The notes beneath the pieces are model-generated. The model was not told the DNA's origin, searched no databases, and worked only from the letters and a program-made list of their open reading frames with translations. A stretch of DNA of 64,000 bases from the NCBI RefSeq assembly GCF_056712565.1, contig NZ_CM160072.1. One strand, 5' to 3'. Each line of letters opens with the position of its first letter. Positions within the stretch are counted from its first letter, which is position 1. Positions 11,113 to 21,360 of this stretch are shown piece after piece. The position numbers and the translations under genes are program-made.

Positions 11113-12669
11113 TTACTCATCTTCATCGTGCGCCGGTTGCTCTTTAACAATGCGAACCAGATCAACACGATAATCATTGGCTTCAATGATGGTGATATGC
11201 AGTGGCCCTACATCAATCACATCGCCCACACGGGGAATGTGACCATTTGCCGAGATCACGAGGCCCGCGGCCGTCGCGATATCATCGTCATCGGCAAGGT
11301 GCTCAACATCAAGCGCCTGCTGCAAGGCATGCAAATCTGTACCGCCTTTTACCAGCCAGCCGTCACCGTCGGTAATGATTTCCGGCGTTTCGTCAGCGTC
11401 CGGGAATTCACCCGCAATGGCTTCCAGCACATCCAGCGGCGTGACCAGACCTTGTACCACACCAAACTCGTTGGTCACGATAACAAAGCTCCCGCGAGCA
11501 CGACGCAGCACGCCCAGCAGGTTGATCGGATCGAGGGTTTCCGGGACGATAATCGCCGGAGACGCCGAAGCTATCGCCGCCACATCAACTCCCTCTTCCA
11601 GCGCCACCAGCAGTTCTTTAGCACGTACGATGCCGATAATTTCATCCAGTTCACCGCGACATACCGGGAACAAACTGTGCGGTGAGGAGAGCAGTTGCTC
11701 GCGGATTTCATCGACCCCGAGATTAGCATCAACCCAGCTTATTTCACCGCGCGGCGTCATGATCCCGCGCAGAGAACGCGACGCCAGCGTCAGTACGCCG
11801 TTAATCATGTAACGTTCTTCTTCGGCAAACGCACCTTCCGGGATCGGCATCGGCATCGGGTTATCGGCATCGTGCTGAACATTGGCCTGACGTTTCCCGC
11901 CCATCAAACGCAGGATGGCATCGGCAGTACGCGCTCGCAGCGGCAAAGTCGACTGGTGACGAATAAAGTTGCGACGCGCAATCTGGTTAAACACTTCGAT
12001 GATGATCGAGAAGCCAATCGCGGCATACAGGTAACCTTTCGGAATGTGGAAACCGAAACCTTCTGCCACCAGACTCAGACCAATCATTAACAGGAAGCTC
12101 AGACAGAGCACCACCACCGTGGGGTGCTGGTTAACGAATCGCGTCAGCGGTTTTGATGCCAGCAGCATAACCGCCATCGCAATCACTACCGCCGCCATCA
12201 TCACCGGCAAATGGTTAACCATCCCTACTGCAGTAATTACCGCATCCAACGAGAAGACGGCGTCAAGGATGACAATCTGTGTGACGACCACCCAGAAACT
12301 GGCGTAGCCTTTACCGTGGCCGGAATCATGATCGCGGTTTTCCAGCCGTTCATGCAGTTCAGTTGTTGCTTTGAACAGCAAGAATATGCCCCCGAACAAC
12401 ATAATCAGGTCGCGTCCGGAGAAGGAGAAATCCATGACGGTAAATAGCGGTTTGGTCAGCGTGACCATCCATGAAATCAGCGACAGCAGCCCCAGACGCA
12501 TAATCAGCGCCAGTGATAATCCCAGCAAACGCGCTTTATCGCGTTGTTTTGGCGGCAGTTTGTCAGCAAGAATGGCGATGAAGACCAGGTTATCGATACC
12601 CAGCACAATTTCGAGAACAACAAGCGTGAGTAGCCCCGCCCAAATCGAGGGGTCCATTAAGAATTCCAT
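11113..12669 (-). CDS. yoaE: UPF0053 inner-membrane protein YoaE (TerC + CBS + CorC_HlyC domains)
   Basis: 518-aa [38 protein letters not shown]...; TerC-like membrane N-terminus and CBS pair C-terminus. Confidence 0.85.
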
Positions 12670-13131
12670 GACAAGCTCCTGCTTAAGGAATAGCTATTCG
12701 ACGCCAGAAATAATGCAGGCGTAACGACAAAATGCAAACGAAAGGTGCGGCATAAAGTGCCAGAAAGGCAGGCGTTAAAAGGCCTGATGCTGAAATGACG
12801 TCGGTGACGATCCATACTGCGGGCTACTGCCCTATACTCCATGGTTGTTAAACAGGAGTTAAACATATCAGAGACGCCTCTGATTTGGCAAAGATTTACC
12901 TTCCTTTGCAAACGAATGTGACAAGGATATTTTACCTTTCGAAATTTCTGCTAATCGAAAGTTAAATTACGGATCTTCATCACATAAAATAATTTTTTCG
13001 ATATCTAAAATAAATCGCGAAACGCAGGGGTTTTTGGTTGTAGCCCTTATCTGAATCGATTCGATTGTGGACGACGATTCAAAAACACATCTGGCACGTT
13101 GAGGTGTTAACGATAATAAAGGAGGTAGCAA

Positions 13132-14103
13132 GTGACCATTGCTATTGTTATAGGCACACATGGTTGGGCTGCAGAGCAGTTGCTTAAAACGGCAGAAATG
13201 CTGTTAGGCGAGCAGGAAAACGTCGGCTGGATCGATTTCGTTCCAGGTGAAAATGCCGAAACGCTGATTGAAAAGTACAACGCTCAGTTGGCAAAACTCG
13301 ACACCACTAAAGGCGTGCTGTTTCTCGTTGATACATGGGGAGGCAGCCCGTTCAATGCTGCCAGCCGCATTGTCGTCGACAAAGAGCATTATGAAGTCAT
13401 TGCAGGCGTTAACATTCCAATGCTCGTGGAAACGTTAATGGCCCGTGATGATGACCCAAGCTTTGATGAACTGGTGGCGCTGGCAGTAGAAACAGGCCGT
13501 GAAGGCGTGAAAGCACTGAAAGCCAAACCGGTTGAAAAAGCCGCGCCAGCACCCGCTACCGCAGCACCAAAAGCGGCTCCAACTCCGGCAAAACCAATGG
13601 GACCAAACGACTACATGGTTATTGGCCTTGCTCGTATCGACGACCGTCTGATTCACGGTCAGGTCGCCACCCGCTGGACCAAAGAAACCAATGTCTCCCG
13701 TATTATTGTTGTTAGTGATGAAGTGGCTGCGGATACCGTTCGTAAGACACTGCTCACCCAGGTTGCACCTCCGGGCGTAACAGCACACGTAGTTGATGTT
13801 GCCAAAATGATTCGCGTCTACAACAACCCGAAATATGCTGGCGAACGCGTAATGCTGTTATTTACCAACCCAACAGATGTAGAGCGTCTCGTTGAAGGCG
13901 GCGTGAAAATCACCTCTGTTAACGTCGGTGGTATGGCATTCCGTCAGGGTAAAACCCAGGTGAATAACGCGGTTTCGGTTGATGAAAAAGATATCGAGGC
14001 GTTCAAGAAACTGAATGCGCGCGGTATTGAGCTGGAAGTCCGTAAGGTTTCCACCGATCCGAAACTGAAAATGATGGATCTGATCAGCAAAATCGATAAG
14101 TAA
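13132..14103 (+). CDS. manX: Mannose PTS enzyme IIAB
   Basis: 323-aa ORF (GTG start) MTIAIVIGTHGWAAEQLLK...; Ala/Pro-rich IIA-IIB linker. Confidence 0.9.
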   Translation: MTIAIVIGTHGWAAEQLLKTAEMLLGEQENVGWIDFVPGENAETLIEKYNAQLAKLDTTKGVLFLVDTWGGSPFNAASRIVVDKEHYEVIAGVNIPMLVETLMARDDDPSFDELVALAVETGREGVKALKAKPVEKAAPAPATAAPKAAPTPAKPMGPNDYMVIGLARIDDRLIHGQVATRWTKETNVSRIIVVSDEVAADTVRKTLLTQVAPPGVTAHVVDVAKMIRVYNNPKYAGERVMLLFTNPTDVERLVEGGVKITSVNVGGMAFRQGKTQVNNAVSVDEKDIEAFKKLNARGIELEVRKVSTDPKLKMMDLISKIDK

Positions 14104-14165
14104 CGTATTGTGTTGATTATCATTCAGTTTTCACACTTTAGTCTTACGTAAACAGGAGAAGTACA

Positions 14166-14966
14166 ATGGAGATTACCACTCTTCAAATTGTGCTGGTATT
14201 TATCGTAGCCTGTATCGCAGGTATGGGATCAATCCTCGATGAATTTCAGTTTCACCGTCCGCTAATCGCGTGTACCCTGGTGGGTATCGTTCTTGGGGAT
14301 ATGAAAACCGGTATTATTATCGGTGGTACGCTGGAAATGATCGCGCTGGGCTGGATGAACATCGGTGCTGCCGTTGCGCCTGACGCCGCCCTGGCTTCTA
14401 TCATTTCTACCATTCTGGTTATCGCAGGTCATCAGAGCATTGGTGCAGGTATCGCACTGGCAATCCCTCTGGCCGCTGCAGGCCAGGTACTGACCATCAT
14501 CGTTCGTACTATTACCGTTGCTTTCCAGCACGCTGCGGATAAGGCAGCTGATAACGGCAACCTGACAGCAATTTCCTGGATCCACGTTTCTTCTCTGTTC
14601 CTGCAAGCAATGCGTGTGGCTATTCCGGCCGTCATCGTTGCGCTGTCTGTTGGTACCAGCGAAGTACAGAACATGCTGAATGCGATTCCGGAAGTGGTGA
14701 CCAATGGTCTGAATATCGCCGGTGGCATGATCGTGGTGGTTGGTTATGCGATGGTTATCAACATGATGCGTGCTGGCTACCTGATGCCGTTCTTCTACCT
14801 CGGCTTCGTAACCGCAGCATTCACCAACTTTAACCTGGTTGCTCTGGGTGTGATTGGTACTGTTATGGCAGTGCTCTACATCCAACTTAGCCCGAAATAC
14901 AACCGCGTAGCCGGTGCGCCTGCTCAGGCTGCTGGTAACAACGATCTCGATAACGAACTGGACTAA
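14166..14966 (+). CDS. manY: Mannose PTS enzyme IIC
   Basis: 266-aa polytopic membrane ORF MEITTLQIVLVFIVACIAGMGS... Confidence 0.9.
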   Translation: MEITTLQIVLVFIVACIAGMGSILDEFQFHRPLIACTLVGIVLGDMKTGIIIGGTLEMIALGWMNIGAAVAPDAALASIISTILVIAGHQSIGAGIALAIPLAAAGQVLTIIVRTITVAFQHAADKAADNGNLTAISWIHVSSLFLQAMRVAIPAVIVALSVGTSEVQNMLNAIPEVVTNGLNIAGGMIVVVGYAMVINMMRAGYLMPFFYLGFVTAAFTNFNLVALGVIGTVMAVLYIQLSPKYNRVAGAPAQAAGNNDLDNELD

Positions 14967-14969
14967 CAG

Positions 14970-15830
14970 GTGAGCGAAATGGTTGATACAACTCAAACTA
15001 CCACCGAGAAAAAACTCACTCAAAGTGATATTCGTGGCGTCTTCCTGCGTTCTAACCTCTTTCAGGGTTCATGGAACTTCGAACGTATGCAGGCACTGGG
15101 TTTCTGCTTCTCTATGGTACCGGCAATTCGTCGCCTCTACCCTGAGAACAACGAAGCTCGTAAACAGGCTATTCGCCGTCACCTGGAGTTCTTTAACACC
15201 CAGCCATTCGTGGCTGCGCCGATTCTCGGCGTAACCCTGGCACTGGAAGAACAGCGTGCTAATGGCGCAGAGATCGATGACGGTGCTATCAACGGCATCA
15301 AAGTCGGTTTGATGGGGCCGCTGGCTGGTGTAGGCGACCCGATCTTCTGGGGAACGGTACGTCCGGTATTTGCAGCGCTGGGGGCTGGTATCGCGATGAG
15401 CGGCAGCCTGTTAGGTCCGCTGCTGTTCTTCATCCTGTTTAACCTGGTGCGTCTGGCAACCCGTTACTACGGCGTAGCGTATGGTTACTCCAAAGGTATC
15501 GATATCGTTAAAGATATGGGTGGTGGCTTCCTGCAAAAACTGACGGAAGGGGCGTCTATCCTCGGCCTGTTTGTCATGGGGGCGTTGGTTAATAAGTGGA
15601 CACATGTCAACATCCCACTGGTGGTCTCTCGCATTACTGACCAGACGGGCAAAGAACACGTTACCACTGTCCAGACTATTCTGGACCAGTTAATGCCGGG
15701 CCTGGTACCACTGCTGCTGACCTTTGCTTGTATGTGGCTGTTGCGCAAAAAAGTTAACCCGCTGTGGATCATCGTTGGCTTCTTCGTCATCGGTATCGCT
15801 GGTTACGCTTGCGGCCTGCTGGGACTGTAA
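14970..15830 (+). CDS. manZ: Mannose PTS enzyme IID (start may be the ATG at 14979)
   Basis: ORF MSEMVDTTQTTTEKKLTQSDIRGVFLRSN...; follows manY by 3 nt. Confidence 0.9.
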   Translation: MSEMVDTTQTTTEKKLTQSDIRGVFLRSNLFQGSWNFERMQALGFCFSMVPAIRRLYPENNEARKQAIRRHLEFFNTQPFVAAPILGVTLALEEQRANGAEIDDGAINGIKVGLMGPLAGVGDPIFWGTVRPVFAALGAGIAMSGSLLGPLLFFILFNLVRLATRYYGVAYGYSKGIDIVKDMGGGFLQKLTEGASILGLFVMGALVNKWTHVNIPLVVSRITDQTGKEHVTTVQTILDQLMPGLVPLLLTFACMWLLRKKVNPLWIIVGFFVIGIAGYACGLLGL

Positions 15831-15846
15831 GACTGTTGTACACTAC

Positions 15847-15872
15847 CGGGGCCTTTTGGCCCCGTTTTTTTA
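15847..15872 (+). terminator. Rho-independent terminator of manXYZ operon
   Basis: CCGGGGCC-ttttg-GCCCCG hairpin followed by TTTTTTTAT. Confidence 0.7.
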
Positions 15873-15884
15873 TCTGGAGGATTA

Positions 15885-16343
15885 ATGACAATCACGGACC
15901 TGGTACTGATTCTTTTCATCGCCGCACTTCTGGCCTTCGCGATCTACGATCAGTTCATCATGCCCCGCCGTAACGGCCCCACCCTGCTGGCAATTCCTTT
16001 GCTCCGGCGTGGTCGCATCGATAGTGTTATCTTCGTCGGATTGATTGTCATTCTTATCTATAACAACGTCACGAATCATGGCGCGCTAATAACAACATGG
16101 TTATTAAGTGCACTGGCTCTGATGGGTTTTTATATATTCTGGATCCGCGTTCCGAAGATCATCTTTAAACAAAAAGGTTTTTTCTTCGCCAATGTCTGGA
16201 TTGAATATAGCCGAATCAAAGCGATGAACTTGTCGGAAGATGGCGTGTTGGTGATGCAATTAGAACAGCGCCGGCTGTTAATCCGCGTTCGAAATATCGA
16301 CGATTTGGAAAAAGTTTATAAGCTTCTCGTTTCAACTCAATAA
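15885..16343 (+). CDS. yobD: UPF0266 inner-membrane protein YobD
   Basis: 152-aa hydrophobic [26 protein letters not shown]...; synteny. Confidence 0.75.
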   Translation: MTITDLVLILFIAALLAFAIYDQFIMPRRNGPTLLAIPLLRRGRIDSVIFVGLIVILIYNNVTNHGALITTWLLSALALMGFYIFWIRVPKIIFKQKGFFFANVWIEYSRIKAMNLSEDGVLVMQLEQRRLLIRVRNIDDLEKVYKLLVSTQ

Positions 16344-16388
16344 GTTATGAATTTAGCCAAAGCTATGTTTAGTGTATTTTTAATAATC

Positions 16389-16408
16389 AGACATAGCTTA
16401 GGCTATAT
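16389..16408 (+). promoter_or_regulatory. Candidate MntR operator upstream of mntP
   Basis: Near-palindrome ACATAGCttagGCTATAT; a second half-site-like AAAGCTATGTTT at about 16358-16370. Confidence 0.4.
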
Positions 16409-16464
16409 TACCTCTTCCCTTATTTGTTTTTTATTTTAACGTTTCATTGATATATAAATCTAAA

Positions 16465-16483
16465 TGAAAATCGTTATCAATAA
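16465..16483 (+). promoter_or_regulatory. Candidate Fur box upstream of mntP
   Basis: AATGAAAATCGTTATCAAT resembles Fur consensus GATAATGATAATCATTATC. Confidence 0.35.
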
Positions 16484-16544
16484 AACAATAAAATAATATA
16501 TTCCAACAGTTGTCTTATATTCTCAAAATATGTTAAGGTTGCGC

Positions 16545-16771
16545 CCTCATTTGGGGAGTAGCTGATTTCCAGATTCCGGAAATGTACGTGTCAACATACT
16601 CGTTGCAAAACGTGGCACGTACGGACTGAACACTTTCAGTCAGGCGAGACCATATGCACATCAATCGCTATGCCTGCATGAACGCGAAAACCATCGCGGC
16701 TTGTTGTTCATGTATGCATGTTTGCTGGGGGCGATGATGTGTTTTATGGATACCCCGGTCAGGACGTTGTC
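16545..16771 (+). promoter_or_regulatory. yybP-ykoY family Mn2+ riboswitch and long 5' leader of mntP
   Basis: Conserved aptamer elements GGGGAGUAG (16553-16561) and GAGACCAUAU (about 16645-16655) directly upstream of mntP. Confidence 0.6.
16654..16737 (+). CDS. Candidate 27-codon upstream ORF in mntP leader ([27 protein letters not shown])
   Basis: ATG immediately 3' of riboswitch aptamer, open for 27 codons, stops 34 nt before mntP ATG; no strong Shine-Dalgarno seen. Confidence 0.3.
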
Positions 16772-17338
16772 ATGAATATCACTGCTACTGTTCTTCTTGC
16801 GTTTGGTATGTCGATGGATGCCTTTGCTGCATCAATCGGTAAAGGTGCCACCCTCCATAAACCGAAATTTTCTGAAGCATTGCGAACCGGCCTTATTTTT
16901 GGTGCCGTCGAAACCCTGACGCCGCTGATCGGCTGGGGAATGGGCATGTTAGCCAGTCGGTTTGTCCTTGAATGGAACCACTGGATTGCGTTTGTGCTGC
17001 TGATATTTCTCGGCGGGCGAATGATTATTGAGGGTTTTCGTGGCGCAGATGATGAAGATGAAGAACCGCGCCGTCGACACGGTTTCTGGCTACTGGTAAC
17101 CACCGCGATTGCCACCAGCCTGGATGCCATGGCTGTGGGTGTTGGTCTTGCTTTCCTGCAGGTTAACATTATCGCGACCGCATTGGCCATTGGTTGTGCA
17201 ACCTTGATTATGTCGACATTAGGGATGATGGTTGGTCGCTTTATCGGCTCAATTATTGGGAAAAAAGCGGAAATTCTCGGCGGGCTGGTACTGATCGGTA
17301 TTGGCGTCCAGATCCTCTGGACGCACTTCCACGGTTAA
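16772..17338 (+). CDS. mntP: Mn2+ efflux pump MntP (YebN)
   Basis: ORF-track frame 16718..17338; recognised start [21 protein letters not shown] (16772); DUF204 repeats. Confidence 0.85.
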
Positions 17339-18144
17339 TAAGAACGCTGCCAGAGGTGAATATTAAAGTCCGTCTGGCAGTCGAACACTTCTTTTGCTGC
17401 CAGTGCTTGCCAGACTTCAGGCTTCGCACGCCAGGCAAACGGCGTCATCTGCAATAATGCGACGGCTTCATCACCGCGAAGACGCATCAGATAACACAAC
17501 TCATCACTCTGCTGTAATGTAAAACCTTTCAGTTGTTCTGCATGAGGTGCATGAAGATGTACTTCATTGTAAATCAGCCCCTTCAGCTCAATTAAGTGTC
17601 TCGGTCCCGGCGTGGCAGTAATGACCCAACCGCCGGGCTTCACTACTCGCACTAATTCTTCTGCTTTACACGGCGCGTAAATACGTATTATGGCGTCCAT
17701 ACTGGTATCGGAGAACGGCAAACGGTGGCTGGAAGCGACACAAAAAGTGACCTGCGGATAGCGTTTCGCCGCCGCTTTTATCGCTACCTTCGAGACATCC
17801 AGGCCAAACGTGGTGATTTCGGGCAACGCATCAGCAAATGCGTGTGTGTAATACCCTTCACCACAGCCAATATCCAGCACCGCCGCGGCCTTTTCATCAA
17901 GCCGTTCCCGCAATTGGCCGACAATTGCATCACGCAGCGGCTGATAATGTCCGGCATCTAAGAATGCGCGGCGTGCTTGCATCATTTCCGCGCTGTCGCC
18001 CGGATCACGAGACCGTTTATGCTGAACGGGCAGCAGATTGACATACCCTTCTTTCGCCATATCAAACTGATGTCGCTGGGGACAGATATAGCTGTTTTTT
18101 TCACGCGAAAGAGGCTGATGGCAAAGTGGACAGGAAAACGACAT
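17335..18144 (-). CDS. rlmA: 23S rRNA m1G745 methyltransferase
   Basis: 269-aa [31 protein letters not shown]... with N-terminal Zn-binding cysteines and SAM-binding motif [10 protein letters not shown]. Confidence 0.85.
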
Positions 18145-18235
18145 GACAACTCCGGCAGGATACTAAAGGCCGCAAGTGTAACGCGAATCATGCGGCGGGC
18201 AAATATCCGAACGACTGGAGCGAAGATAAAACAAA

Positions 18236-18262
18236 GTAAAAAGCCTCGCATTCGACGAGGCT
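18236..18262 (-). terminator. Rho-independent terminator after cspC
   Basis: On minus strand GCCTCGTCGAATGCGAGGC hairpin followed by TTTTT. Confidence 0.65.
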
Positions 18263-18309
18263 TTATAGCGAGATTGAAGCGTATTCACACTTCAGATCAG
18301 TGGATTCGA

Positions 18310-18519
18310 TCAGATAGCTGTTACGTTAACAGCTGCCGGACCTTTCTGACCGTCCTGAATTTCGAACTCAACGTTCTGACCTTCAGCCAGAGTTTTGAAA
18401 CCATTACCCTGGATAGCGGAGAAGTGTACGAACACATCTTTGCTGCCATCAGCCGGAGTAATGAAGCCAAAACCTTTAGACTCGTTGAACCACTTAACCT
18501 GACCTTTAATCTTTGCCAT
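18310..18519 (-). CDS. cspC: Cold-shock-family protein CspC
   Basis: 69-aa [40 protein letters not shown]... (RNP1/RNP2 motifs). Confidence 0.95.
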
Positions 18520-18531
18520 TTGAAAAATTCC

Positions 18532-18675
18532 TTAGATTGTTTTCTTCGCCCGCAGGCATAACATAGATAAAACTGACACATTACTGCATGAGGCACCAAT
18601 ATAAGGCTCGGCAGAGAAGCGGTATTCAACGTCAACGTGTTTACTCAGGACTTCTTTACTGAAAATGCCACACAT
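18532..18675 (-). CDS. yobF: Small protein YobF (47 aa), co-oriented immediately upstream of cspC
   Basis: Hand translation [47 protein letters not shown]; GAGGT Shine-Dalgarno upstream. Confidence 0.8.
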
Positions 18676-19345
18676 AAACAGAACTGTACCTCGTTTAACC
18701 CGAAATCTGTTATCACATACAACGTTAATTATGGCAAGCCATTTTTAAACATGTCTCGATCAGACGCACAAATCTCGATACGTCTTCCACTTTTTTGCAC
18801 ACTTATGCAACGGAATACGCGCCGATATATCATTGTGCTTAACCTTGCCAGTTCAGGCAGATACTTAAACTGGCGTATTTTTTCTAACATAGTTCAATAA
18901 GTTCAGTTGTTCCAGGCCAGTGAGAGAAGTTATTACATAGTGCGTGCAATATCACATTTTTTGCTATGCAATGAATAAAAAGTTATATCACTTTTTCTCA
19001 TAAAACAGTCAGTTAACGGCTATCAATTACCCTAAAGAGAAGTCAATCCCCAAAGGGATTGTAAATTTAAAATAAGAAAAATTGATGAATGAGCAAAAAA
19101 ATCAAGAGAGAAACGTTTCGCTAATAAATAATACCACGCTTAATCACAAATCCGATGTAAACATCCTAATAAATTAATGAGGGAAATATCTTTTTCTGAT
19201 ATCCCGTTACGCAAATTAATAATATGATAATTATTTGAAGTCAGACCAGAGTTTTAATTTGAAGCAGCTGCACCATGACAGTGCGTATAATCAGCATGAA
19301 TTGAGTAACCCTTCAACGACGGGGTTACTCAAGATTGAGGAAGGA

Positions 19346-19633
19346 TTATCGTTCGGCGACCAGACGAATAATATCTTCGTCTTCAACCGATTTTTGACTC
19401 TCAACTGTCTTTTTATCTGCTTTCTCAGGTTCGTTTGCTTCGCACAAACGACGTAACAGTGCATTTTGACGTTTTTGCTGATCCAGCAACGCCTCAAGCA
19501 GTTCAATCTGTTCGTTAGTCCGTGAACTGGCACGATTGATAAAAAACCACAAGATGAGCCCGATAAGAAGAACCACCACCGATACAACCAAAGACGCAAT
19601 GTTCATCACGCCTGAATTTACAACTTCGTTCAT
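19346..19633 (-). CDS. yebO: Small membrane protein YebO
   Basis: 95-aa ORF MNEVVNSGVMNIASLVVSVVVLLIGLILWFFINR...; single TM helix then charged tail. Confidence 0.75.
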   Translation of the reverse strand: MNEVVNSGVMNIASLVVSVVVLLIGLILWFFINRASSRTNEQIELLEALLDQQKRQNALLRRLCEANEPEKADKKTVESQKSVEDEDIIRLVAER

Positions 19634-19707
19634 TTCACCACCTCTGAGTAGAGGCGCTATTCTACCACTGCTGGAGAGGAAGAAAATCTAGTGCTGAAAA
19701 AATGATA

Positions 19708-19851
19708 TCACCACGGGATAAACTGGTTAAGGGCACAAATTCCGCTGAAAAATTGCACATCCTGATCGCACATCATGTTGAATACCTGCGCCCAAAGCAG
19801 CAAGCAAGCCAACACCACGACAACCAGAGCGACCCATCGAAACTTTTTCAC
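19708..19851 (-). CDS. mgrB: PhoQ-inhibiting small membrane peptide MgrB (47 aa, GTG start)
   Basis: Hand translation (V)[46 protein letters not shown]. Confidence 0.8.
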   Translation of the reverse strand: MKKFRWVALVVVVLACLLLWAQVFNMMCDQDVQFFSGICALNQFIPW

Positions 19852-19869
19852 TCCAATCTCCGTTTCACC

Positions 19870-19905
19870 TACCTTATGTCATTAAACTAGCATGCGTTAG
19901 TTAAA
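19870..19905 (-). promoter_or_regulatory. Candidate PhoP-box region of mgrB promoter (GTTTAA direct repeats)
   Basis: In mgrB sense: cTGTTTAActaacgcatgctaGTTTAAtgacataagg; spacing does not fit the canonical 6-5-6 box cleanly. Confidence 0.3.
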
Positions 19906-20009
19906 CAGCGCCTAACTATGTCGATATTCGTGCTTTTTCGGAATGAGTCGCTTGCTTCAGCGCATATTGCCGCTACGATTAAGCGAACATAAAAAGAGAA
20001 GAGGTTGTA

Positions 20010-20249
20010 ATGCGATTCATCATTCGCACAGTTATGCTGATAGCGCTGGTATGGATAGGATTATTACTCAGCGGATATGGCGTTTTGATTGGAAGCAAAG
20101 AGAATGCCGCGGGATTAGGTTTACAATGTACCTATCTGACCGCCAGAGGCACCAGCACGGTACAATACCTGCACACTAAAAGTGGTTTTCTGGGGATAAC
20201 AGATTGCCCGTTGTTACGTAAAAGCAATATTGTGGTCGATAATGGTTAA
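20010..20249 (+). CDS. yobH: Small uncharacterised protein YobH
   Basis: 79-aa ORF MRFIIRTVMLIALVWIGLLLSGYG... with signal/TM segment; divergent from mgrB. Confidence 0.7.
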   Translation: MRFIIRTVMLIALVWIGLLLSGYGVLIGSKENAAGLGLQCTYLTARGTSTVQYLHTKSGFLGITDCPLLRKSNIVVDNG

Positions 20250-20350
20250 GGATAATAAATAACCAGATTCTCACTCATGAGTAAAATATTCTTATCGCAA
20301 GTGCGTTTAATATAACGCCACCTTCAACTTTATTTTTCTCATGCTAAATA

Positions 20351-20385
20351 AAGAACCTGTCTGTTTGATATTCAGACAGGTTCTT
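20351..20385 (-). terminator. Hairpin downstream of kdgR (probable terminator)
   Basis: AAGAACCTGTCTG...CAGACAGGTTCTT inverted repeat. Confidence 0.45.
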
Positions 20386-20392
20386 ACTCTCA

Positions 20393-21184
20393 TCAGAACG
20401 GATAGTCGTGATAACCCATTTGGGCAGAAATTTTGCGCGCCGCGGTATGCAACATTGCGACATATTCCTGTAAACGCTCTTCAGAGAAACGTAACGTCGG
20501 GAAGGAGATGCTCAAACCAGCAATGACCACGCCAAAGCGATCAAATACCGGAACCGCAATGCATCGCAGCCCTTCTTCCTGCTCTTCATTATCTTCGCCA
20601 TACCCCTGCTCGCGCACCTGGTCCAGAACGGGTAATAACGCTTCTGTACTGGTGATGGTCCGCTCGGTACTGCGTTTATACTCCACGCCCTCAAGAATTT
20701 GCATCACTTCATCGCGATCGCGCCATGCCAGCAGTACCTTACCAATCGCGGTGCTGTACAGCGGATTACGACGCCCAATCCGTGAATACATGCGCAAATT
20801 GTACATTGAGTCAATTTTGTGGATGTAAACAATACTGTCTTCGTCCAGTGCGCCGAGGTGGATAGTTTCTTTGGTCAGGCGGGAGATCTCACGCATCTGG
20901 ATATCTGCGCTACGAATTAAATCGACGTTTTGCAACGCGCGAGCGCCCAGTTCGAACAATTTCAGGGTCAGCGAATATTTCTCCGACTCCCCTTCCTGCG
21001 CCACATAACCTAAAGTTTTCATGGTCTGTAAAAAGCGATAAACGGTGCTTTTTGACATCATGACGCGCTGCGACAACTCGGTTATCCCTATTTCGCGCTC
21101 TTCACCCAGCGCCTGCAAAATGCCAAAAACTTTTAGCACGGAAGATACAGAATCAGGCTGTTTATCCAGATCTGCGTTAGCCAT
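20393..21184 (-). CDS. kdgR: IclR-family transcriptional repressor KdgR
   Basis: 263-aa ORF MANADLDKQPDSVSSVLKVFGILQALGEE... with N-terminal HTH. Confidence 0.85.
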   Translation of the reverse strand: MANADLDKQPDSVSSVLKVFGILQALGEEREIGITELSQRVMMSKSTVYRFLQTMKTLGYVAQEGESEKYSLTLKLFELGARALQNVDLIRSADIQMREISRLTKETIHLGALDEDSIVYIHKIDSMYNLRMYSRIGRRNPLYSTAIGKVLLAWRDRDEVMQILEGVEYKRSTERTITSTEALLPVLDQVREQGYGEDNEEQEEGLRCIAVPVFDRFGVVIAGLSISFPTLRFSEERLQEYVAMLHTAARKISAQMGYHDYPF

Positions 21185-21360
21185 TTATCACCTCATTGCG
21201 AGTGTTTTATAAAAATCAGAACTGTTTTTTATTATAATTTCGCACCTGGGTGGTCGCAATCCATCTTTTGCCGGTTAGTTACAATTCTGCGACATCCACC
21301 GTGAATATCAGTGCTAGAATCATACCCCTGTTGATTATTCACCAAAGATATAAAATTCCT

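Noticed and set aside
11128-12447. Several 78-185-aa plus-strand ORFs
   Set aside because: All antisense within yoaE; the 145-aa one is Ser/Thr-rich low complexity from reverse-complemented membrane-protein codons.
14262-15023. 253-aa minus-strand ORF
   Set aside because: Antisense to manY/manZ; shadow ORF.
19852-20009. Canonical PhoP box upstream of mgrB
   Set aside because: GTTTAA direct repeats are present but I could not fit them to the 6-5-6 PhoP-box spacing by eye, so it is reported only as a low-confidence feature.
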